Assembly (NCBI GenBank): GCA_964057225.1
Contig: OZ059899.1
Location: forward strand, 4,092,001-4,156,000
Direction of reading: 5' to 3'
Source: Auanema rhodensis
Taxonomy: Eukaryota; Animalia; Nematoda
DNA length: 64,000 nt
Below the pieces are notes generated by a model that was not told the DNA's origin, ran no database searches, and saw only the letters and a list, made by a program, of their open reading frames with translations. Numbering within the stretch: position 1 is the first letter of the stretch; each line of letters begins with the position of its first letter. Positions 54,201 to 64,000 of this stretch are shown piece after piece. The translations under genes and the position numbers were made by a program.

Positions 54201-57200
54201 CCTTGAAAAAAGGAATCTAAAAACATCTACTTTTCGCTAAATTATTTTGAAATTTTTCGAAAAAATTTTTGTCAAAATGTTTTTGGAAGCAATGTTGAGT
54301 GTACATGGAAACTCAACATACACTAATGCATCATTTTTCAAACGATCATAACTAATTTTTGTATTAAGCGTTTCTCAATGTAGTATAGTGCATTCGATGC
54401 GAATTTTTAAGCTGCGTCGTTCTGTGTTATCAGATTTGCGCTAGCTTAAAAATGCACCGAGATATCAACTGATATAAGTTCACACTTATATCCTCGATTT
54501 TCACCCTGAAGAATTAATTTTTTCGTTGAATAACATTGTCCATCGTCTTTGCCTTGAAAAAAGGAATCTAAAAACATCTACTTTTTGCTAAATTATTTTG
54601 AAATTTTTCGAAAAAATTTTTGTCAAAATGTTTTTGGAAGCAATGTTGAGTGTACATGGAAACTCAACATACACTAATGCATCATTTTTCAAACGATCAT
54701 AACTAATTTTTGTATTAAGCGTTTCTCAATGTAGTATAGTGCATTCGATGCGAATTTTTAAGCTGCGTCGTTCTGTGTTATCAGATTTGCGCTAGCTTAA
54801 AAATGCACCGAGATATCAACTGATATAAGTTCACACTTATATCCTCGATTTTCACCCTGAAGAATTAATTTTTTCGTTGAATAACATTGTCCATCGTCTT
54901 TGCCTTGAAAAAAGGAATCTAAAAACATCTACTTTTTGCTAAATTATTTTGAAATTTTTCGAAAAAATTTTTGTCAAAATGTTTTTGGAAGCAATGTTGA
55001 GTGTACATGGAAACTCAACATACACTAATGCATCATTTTTCAAACGATCATAACTAATTTTTGTATTAAGCGTTTCTCAATGTAGTATAGTGCATTCGAT
55101 GCGAATTTTTAAGCTGCGTCGTTCTGTGTTATCAGATTTGCGCTAGCTTAAAAATGCACCGAGATATCAACTGATATAAGTTCACACTTATATCCTCGAT
55201 TTTCACCCTGAAGAATTAATTTTTTCGTTGAATAACATTGTCCATCGTCTTTGCCTTGAAAAAAGGAATCTAAAAACATCTACTTTTTGCTAAATTATTT
55301 TGAAATTTTTCGAAAAAATTTTTGTCAAAATGTTTTTGGAAGCAATGTTGAGTGTACATGGAAACTCAACATACACTAATGCATCATTTTTCAAACGATC
55401 ATAACTAATTTTTGTATTAAGCGTTTCTCAATGTAGTATAGTGCATTCGATGCGAATTTTTAAGCTGCGTCGTTCTGTGTTATCAGATTTGCGCTAGCTT
55501 AAAAATGCACCGAGATATCAACTGATATAAGTTCACACTTATATCCTCGATTTTCACCCTGAAGAATTACTTTTTTCGTTGAATAACATTGTCCATCGTC
55601 TTTGCCTTGAAAAAAGGAATCTAAAAACATCTACTTTTTGCTAAATTATTTTGAAATTTTTCGAAAAAATTTTTGTCAAAATGTTTTTGGAAGCAATGTT
55701 GAGTGTACATGGAAACTCAACATACACTAATGCATCATTTTTCAAACGATCATAACTAATTTTTGCATTAAGCGTTTCTCAATGTAGTATAGTGCATTCG
55801 ATGCGGATTTTCAAGCTGCGTCGATCTGTGTTATCAGATTTGCGCTAGCTTAAAAATGCACCGAGATATCAACTGATATAAGTTCTCACTTATATCCTCG
55901 ATTTTCACCCTGAAGAATTAATTTTTTCGTTGAATAACATTGTCCATCGTCTTTGCCTTGAAAAATGGAATCTAAAAACATCTACTTTTTGCTAAATTAT
56001 TTTGAAATTTTTCGAAAAAATTTTTGTCAAAATGTTTTTGGAAGCAATGTTGAGTGTACATGGAAACTCAACATACACTAATGCATCATTTTTCAAACGA
56101 TCATAACTAATTTTTGTATTAAGCGTTTCTCAATGTAGTATAGTGCATTCGATGCGGATTTTTAAGCTGCGTCGATCTGTGTTATCAGATTTGCGCTAGC
56201 TTAAAAATGCACCGAGATATCAACTGATATAAGTTCACACTTATATCCTCGATTTTCACCCTGAAGAATTAATTTTTTCGTTGAATAACATTGTCCATCG
56301 TCTTTGCCTTGAAAAATGGAATCTAAAAACATCTACTTTTTGCTAAATTATTTTGAAATTTTTCGAAAAAATTTTTGTCAAAATGTTTTTGGAAGCAATG
56401 TTGAGTGTACATGGAAACTCAACATACACTAATGCATCATTTTTCAAACGATCATAACTAATTTTTGTATTAAGCGTTTCTCAATGTAGTATAGTGCATT
56501 CGATGCGGATTTTTAAGCTGCGTCGATCTGTGTTATCAGATTTGCGCTAGCTTAAAAATTCACCGAGATATCAACTGATATAAGTTCACACTTATATCCT
56601 CGATTTTCACCCTGAAGAATTAATTTTTTCGTTGAATAACATTGTCCATCGTCTTTGCCTTGAAAAAAGGAATCTAAAAACATCTACTTTTTGCTGAATT
56701 ATTTTGAAATTTCTCGAAAAAATTTTTGTCAAAATGTTTTTGGAAGCAATGTTGAGTGTACATGGAAACTCAACATACACTAATGCATCATTTTTCAAAC
56801 GATCATAACTAATTTTTGTATTAAGCGTTTCTCAATGTAGTATAGTGCATTCGATGCGGATTTTTAAGCTGCGTCGATCTGTGTTATCAGATTTGCGCTA
56901 GCTTAAAAATGCACCGAGATATCAACTGATATAAGTTCACACTTATATCCTCGATTTTCACCCTGAAGAATTAATTTTTTCGTTGAATAACATTGTCCAT
57001 CGTCTTTGCCTCGAAAAATGGAATCTTAAAACATCTACTTTTTGCTAAATTATTTTGAAATTTTTCGAAAAAATTTTTGTCAAAATGTTTTTGGAAGCAA
57101 TGTTGAGTGTACATGGAAACTCAACATACACTAATGCATCATTTTTCAAACGATCATAACTAATTTTTGTATTAATCGTTTCTAAATGTAGTATAGTGCA

Positions 57201-60200
57201 TTCGATGCGGATTTTTAAGTTGCGTCGATCTGTGTTTTCAGATTTGCGCTAGCTTAAAAATGCACCGAGATATCAACTGATATAAGTTCACACTTATATC
57301 CTCGATTTTCACCCTGAAGAAATAATTTTTTCGTTGAATAACATTGTCCATCGTCTTTGCCTTGAAAAATAGAATCTAAAAACATCTACTTTTTGCTAAA
57401 TTATTTTGAAATTTTTCGAAAAAATTTTTGTCAAAATGTTTTTGGAAGCAATGTTGAGTGTACATGGAAACTCAACATACACTAATGCATCATTTTTCAA
57501 ACGATCATAACTAATTTTTGTATTAAGCGTTTCTCAATGTAGTATAGTGCATTCGATGCGGATTTTTAAGCTGCGTCGATCTGTGTTATCAGATTTGCGC
57601 TAGCTTAAAAATGCACCGAGATATCAACTGATATAAGTTCACACTTATATCCTCGATTTTCACCCTGAAGAATTAATTTTTTCGTTGAATAACATTGTCC
57701 ATCGTCTTTGCCTCGAAAAATGGAATCTTAAAACATCTACTTTTTGCTAAATTATTTTGAAATTTTTCGAAAAAATTTTTGTCAAAATGTTTTTGGAAGC
57801 AATGTTGAGTGTACATGGAAACTCAACATACACTAATGCATCATTTTTCAAACGATCATAACTAATTTTTGTATTAATCGTTTCTAAATGTAGTATAGTG
57901 CATTCGATGCGGATTTTTAAGTTGCGTCGATCTGTGTTTTCAGATTTGCGCTAGCTTAAAAATGCACCGAGATATCAACTGATATAAGTTCACACTTATA
58001 TCCTCGATTTTCACCCTGAAGAAATAATTTTTTCGTTGAATAACATTGTCCATCGTCTTTGCCTTGAAAAATAGAATCTAAAAACATCTACTTTTTGCTA
58101 AATTATTTTGAAATTTTTCGAAAAAATTTTTGTCAAAATGTTTTTGGAAGCAATGTTGAGTGTACATGGAAACTCAACATACACTAATGCATCATTTTTC
58201 AAACGATCATAACTAATTTTTGTATTAAGCGTTTCTCAATGTAGTATAGTGCATTCGATGCGGATTTTTAAGCTGCGTCGATCTGTGTTATCAGATTTGC
58301 GCTAGCTTAAAAATTCACCGAGATATCAACTGATATAAGTTCACACTTATATCCTCGATTTTCACCCTGAAGAAATAATTTTTTCGTTGAATAACATTGT
58401 CCATCGTCTTTGCCTTGAAAAAAGGAATCTAAAAACATCTACTTTTTGCTAAATTATTTTGAAATTTTTCGAAAAAATTTTTGTCAAAATGTTTTTGGAA
58501 GCAATGTTGAGTGTACATGGAAACTCAACATACACTAATGCATCATTTTTCAAACGATCATAACTAATTTTTGTATTAAGCGTTTCTCAATGTAGTATAG
58601 TGCATTCGATGCGGATTTTTAAGCTGCGTCGATCTGTGTTATCAGATTTGCGCTAGCTTAAAAATGCACCGAGATATCAACTGATATAAGTTCACACTTA
58701 TATCCTCGATTTTCACCCTGAAGAAATAATTTTTTCGTTGAATAACATTGTCCATCGTCTTTGCCTTGAAAAAAGGAATCTAAAAACATCTACTTTTTGC
58801 TAAATTATTATGAAATTTTTCGAAAAAATTTTTGTCAAAATGTTTTTGGAAGCAATGTTGAGTGTACATGGAAACTCAACATACACTAATGCATCATTTT
58901 TCAAACGATCATAACTAATTTTTGTATTAATCGTTTCTAAATGTAGTATAGTGCATTCGATGCGGATTTTTAAGTTGCGTCGATCTGTGTTTTCAGATTT
59001 GCGCTAGCTTAAAAATGCACCGAGATATCAACTGATATAAGTTCACACTTATATCCTCGATTTTCACCCTGAAGAAATAATTTTTTCGTTGAATAACATT
59101 GTCCATCGTCTTTGCCTTGAAAAATAGAATCTAAAAACATCTACTTTTTGCTAAATTATTTTGAAATTTTTCGAAAAAATTTTTGTCAAAATGTTTTTGG
59201 AAGCAATGTTGAGTGTACATGGAAACTCAACATACACTAATGCATCATTTTTCAAACGATCATAACTAATTTTTGTATTAAGCGTTTCTCAATGTAGTAT
59301 AGTGCATTCGATGCGGATTTTTAAGCTGCGTCGATCTGTGTTATCAGATTTGCGCTAGCTTAAAAATGCACCGAGATATCAACTGATATAAGTTCACACT
59401 TATATCCTCGATTTTCACCCTGAAGAATTAATTTTTTCGTTGAATAACATTGTCCATCGTCTTTGCCTCGAAAAATGGAATCTTAAAACATCTACTTTTT
59501 GCTAAATTATTTTGAAATTTTTCGAAAAAATTTTTGTCAAAATGTTTTTGGAAGCAATGTTGAGTGTACATGGAAACTCAACATACACTAATGCATCATT
59601 TTTCAAACGATCATAACTAATTTTTGTATTAATCGTTTCTAAATGTAGTATAGTGCATTCGATGCGGATTTTTAAGTTGCGTCGATCTGTGTTTTCAGAT
59701 TTGCGCTAGCTTAAAAATGCACCGAGATATCAACTGATATAAGTTCACACTTATATCCTCGATTTTCACCCTGAAGAAATAATTTTTTCGTTGAATAACA
59801 TTGTCCATCGTCTTTGCCTTGAAAAATAGAATCTAAAAACATCTACTTTTTGCTAAATTATTTTGAAATTTTTCGAAAAAATTTTTGTCAAAATGTTTTT
59901 GGAAGCAATGTTGAGTGTACATGGAAACTCAACATACACTAATGCATCATTTTTCAAACGATCATAACTAATTTTTGTATTAAGCGTTTCTCAATGTAGT
60001 ATAGTGCATTCGATGCGGATTTTTAAGCTGCGTCGATCTGTGTTATCAGATTTGCGCTAGCTTAAAAATTCACCGAGATATCAACTGATATAAGTTCACA
60101 CTTATATCCTCGATTTTCACCCTGAAGAAATAATTTTTTCGTTGAATAACATTGTCCATCGTCTTTGCCTTGAAAAAAGGAATCTAAAAACATCTACTTT

Positions 60201-63200
60201 TTGCTAAATTATTTTGAAATTTTTCGAAAAAATTTTTGTCAAAATGTTTTTGGAAGCAATGTTGAGTGTACATGGAAACTCAACATACACTAATGCATCA
60301 TTTTTCAAACGATCATAACTAATTTTTGTATTAAGCGTTTCTCAATGTAGTATAGTGCATTCGATGCGGATTTTTAAGCTGCGTCGATCTGTGTTATCAG
60401 ATTTGCGCTAGCTTAAAAATGCACCGAGATATCAACTGATATAAGTTCACACTTATATCCTCGATTTTCACCCTGAAGAAATAATTTTTTCGTTGAATAA
60501 CATTGTCCATCGTCTTTGCCTTGAAAAAAGGAATCTAAAAACATCTACTTTTTGCTAAATTATTCTGAAATTTTTCGAAAAAATTTTTGTCAAAATGTTT
60601 TTGGAAGCAATGTTGAGTGTACATGGAAACTCAACATACACTAATGCATCATTTTTCAAACGATCATAACTAATTTTTGTATTAATCGTTTCTAAATGTA
60701 GTATAGTGCATTCGATGCGGATTTTTAAGTTGCGTCGATCTGTGTTTTCAGATTTGCGCTAGCTTAAAAATGCACCGAGATATCAACTGATATAAGTTCA
60801 CACTTATATCCTCGATTTTCACCCTGAAGAAATAATTTTTTCGTTGAATAACATTGTCCATCGTCTTTGCCTTGAAAAAAGGAATCTAAAAACATCTACT
60901 TTTTGCTAAATTATTCTGAAATTTTTCGAAAAAATTTTTGTCAAAATGTTTTTGGAAGCAATGTTGAGTGTACATGGAAACTCAACATACACTAATGCAT
61001 CATTTTTCAAACGATCATAACTAATTTTTGTATTAAGCGTTTCTCAATGTAGTATAGTGCATTCGATGCGGATTTTTAAGCTGCGTCGATCTGTGTTATC
61101 AGATTTGCGCTAGCTTAAAAATGCACCGAGATATCAACTGATATAAGTTCACACTTATATCCTCGATTTTCACCCTGAAGAATTAATTTTTTCGTTGAAT
61201 AACATTGTCCATCGTCTTTGCCTTGAAAAATGGAATCTAAAAACATCTACTTTTTGCTAAATTATTTTGAAATTTTTCGAAAAAATTTTTGTCAAAATGT
61301 TTTTGGAAGCAATGTTGAGTGTACATGGAAACTCAACATACACTAATGCATCATTTTTCAAACGATCATAACTAATTTTTGTATTAAGCGTTTCTCAATG
61401 TAGTATAGTGCATTCGATGCGGATTTTTAAGCTGCGTCGATCTGTGTTATCAGATTCGCGCTAGCTTAAAAATTCACCGAGATATCAACTGATATAAGTT
61501 CACACTTATATCCTCGATTTTCACCCTGAAGAATTAATTTTTTCGTTGAATAACATTGTCCATCGTCTTTGCCTTGAAAAAAGGAATCTAAAAACATCTA
61601 CTTTTTGCTGAATTATTTTGAAATTTCTCGAAAAAATTTTTGTCAAAATGTTTTTGGAAGCAATGTTGAGTGTACATGGAAACTCAACATACACTAATGC
61701 ATCATTTTTCAAACGATCATAACTAATTTTTGTATTAAGCGTTTCTCAATGTAGTATAGTGCATTCGATGCGGATTTTTAAGCTGCGTCGATCTGTGTTA
61801 TCAGATTTGCGCTAGCTTAAAAATGCACCGAGATATCAACTGATATAAGTTCACACTTATATCCTCGATTTTCACCCTGAAGAAATAATTTTTTCGTTGA
61901 ATAACATTGTCCATCGTCTTTGCCTTGAAAAAAGGAATCTAAAAACATCTACTTTTTGCTAAATTATTTTGAAATTTTTCGAAAAAATTTTTGTCAAAAT
62001 GTTTTTGGAAGCAATGTTGAGTGTACATGGAAACTCAACATACACTAATGCATCATTTTTCAAACGATCATAACTAATTTTTGTATTAAGCGTTTCTCAA
62101 TGTAGTATAGTGCATTCGATGCGGATTTTTAAGCTGCGTCGATCTGTGTTATCAGATTTGCGCTAGCTTAAAAATGCACCGAGATATCAACTGATATAAG
62201 TTCACACTTATATCCTCGATTTTCACCCTGAAGAATTAATTTTTTCGTTGAATAACATTGTCCATCGTCTTTGCCTCGAAAAATGGAATCTTAAAACATC
62301 TACTTTTTGCTAAATTATTTTGAAATTTTTCGAAAAAATTTTTGTCAAAATGTTTTTGGAAGCAATGTTGAGTGTACATGGAAACTCAACATACACTAAT
62401 GCATCATTTTTCAAACGATCATAACTAATTTTTGTATTAATCGTTTCTAAATGTAGTATAGTGCATTCGATGCGGATTTTTAAGTTGCGTCGATCTGTGT
62501 TTTCAGATTTGCGCTAGCTTAAAAATGCACCGAGATATCAACTGATATAAGTTCACACTTATATCCTCGATTTTCACCCTGAAGAAATAATTTTTTCGTT
62601 GAATAACATTGTCCATCGTCTTTGCCTTGAAAAATAGAATCTAAAAACATCTACTTTTTGCTAAATTATTTTGAAATTTTTCGAAAAAATTTTTGTCAAA
62701 ATGTTTTTGGAAGCAATGTTGAGTGTACATGGAAACTCAACATACACTAATGCATCATTTTTCAAACGATCATAACTAATTTTTGTATTAAGCGTTTCTC
62801 AATGTAGTATAGTGCATTCGATGCGGATTTTTAAGCTGCGTCGATCTGTGTTATCAGATTTGCGCTAGCTTAAAAATGCACCGAGATATCAACTGATATA
62901 AGTTCACACTTATATCCTCGATTTTCACCCTGAAGAAATAATTTTTTCGTTGAATAACATTGTCCATCGTCTTTGCCTTGAAAAAAGGAATCTAAAAACA
63001 TCTACTTTTTGCTAAATTATTTTGAAATTTTTCGAAAAAATTTTTGTCAAAATGTTTTTGGAAGCAATGTTGAGTGTACATGGAAACTCAACATACACTA
63101 ATGCATCATTTTTCAAACGATCATAACTAATTTTTGTATTAAGCGTTTCTCAATGTAGTATAGTGCATTCGATGCGGATTTTTAAGCTGCGTCGATCTGT

Positions 63201-64000
63201 GTTATCAGATTTGCGCTAGCTTAAAAATGCACCGAGATATCAACTGATATAAGTTCACACTTATATCCTCGATTTTCACCCTGAAGAAATAATTTTTTCG
63301 TTGAATAACATTGTCCATCGTCTTTGCCTTGAAAAAAGGAATCTAAAAACATCTACTTTTTGCTAAATTATTCTGAAATTTTTCGAAAAAATTTTTGTCA
63401 AAATGTTTTTGGAAGCAATGTTGAGTGTACATGGAAACTCAACATACACTAATGCATCATTTTTCAAACGATCATAACTAATTTTTGTATTAAGCGTTTC
63501 TCAATGTAGTATAGTGCATTCGATGCGGATTTTTAAGCTGCGTCGATCTGTGTTATCAGATTTGCGCTAGCTTAAAAATGCACCGAGATATCAACTGATA
63601 TAAGTTCACACTTATATCCTCGATTTTCACCCTGAAGAAATAATTTTTTCGTTGAATAACATTGTCCATCGTCTTTGCCTTGAAAAATGGAATCTTAAAA
63701 CATCTACTTTTTGCTAAATTATTTTGAAATTTTTCGAAAAAATTTTTGTCAAAATGTTTTTGGAAGCAATGTTGAGTGTACATGGAAACTCAACATACAC
63801 TAATGCATCATTTTTCAAACGATCATAACTAATTTTTGTATTAAGCGTTTCTCAATGTAGTATAGTGCATTCGATGCGGATTTTTAAGCTGCGTCGATCT
63901 GTGTTATCAGATTTGCGCTAGCTTAAAAATGCACCGAGATATCAACTGATATAAGTTCACACTTATATCCTCGATTTTCACCCTGAAGAAATAATTTTTT
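41418..64000. repeat. Satellite subfamily domain B (M119-M183)
   Basis: Monomers carry t110a, t151c, g159a, a166t, t194c, g315t+c323a, c8t+a25t, t312c+c316t, g147t, t33c, g50t and a186g. These are essentially absent left of 41.4 kb (one isolated c8t in M63). Confidence 0.88.
57213..60722. repeat. Local 5-monomer (1755-bp) tandem duplication, M164-M168 / M169-M173
   Basis: The series c8t+a25t+t110a+g159a; t151c+a166t+g315t+c323a; c8t+a25t+t110a+g159a; g50t+t110a; t110a+t194(a/c)+g315t+c323a is repeated. Confidence 0.85.

Larger units (their letters stand above)
1..64000. repeat. 351-bp AT-rich tandem satellite DNA array, ~182.3 head-to-tail copies
   Basis: ttttaagctgcgtcg recurs at 1, 352, 703, ... 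and exactly at 7021, 14041, 21061 and 28081 (steps of 20x351). After a 1-bp loss at ~32475 the register shifts by one (35100, 42120, 49140, 56160, 63180). No non-repeat sequence or inversion was seen. Confidence 0.99.

Noticed and set aside
1-64000. CRISPR array or a variable-cassette system (integron, diversity-generating element)
   Set aside because: There are no unique spacers or cassettes, since the entire unit is repeated, and no associated genes are present in the window.

Overview
The whole window is one uninterrupted head-to-tail tandem satellite array. The monomer is 351 bp (~69% A+T by my count), present as 182 full copies plus a 119-bp partial copy, all in the same orientation, and the array runs off both ends. 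Copies differ from the consensus (positions 1-351) by 0 to about 7 substitutions, and I see only one indel (about 32475). I find no genes, RNA genes, CRISPR arrays or mobile-element insertions. The five ORFs in the track are chance read-throughs caused by single-base loss of stop codons in the monomer. The structure lies in the repeat itself: (1) the monomer is packed with inverted repeats; (2) an ~85-bp block containing one perfect hairpin is almost invariant while the rest of the monomer varies; (3) two subfamily domains with different diagnostic variants meet sharply at about 41.1-41.4 kb; (4) nested local duplications of 1, 2, 3, 4, 5, 7, 12 and 14 monomers occur instead of one regular higher-order repeat. 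The likely source is eukaryotic (peri)centromeric heterochromatin, plausibly an invertebrate (inference; I cannot name the family or species). Notation: Mn is the nth monomer, starting at 1+351(n-1) up to M93 and at 351(n-1) afterwards; variants use monomer coordinates (e.g. a16t). All variant calls were read by eye and need confirming by alignment.
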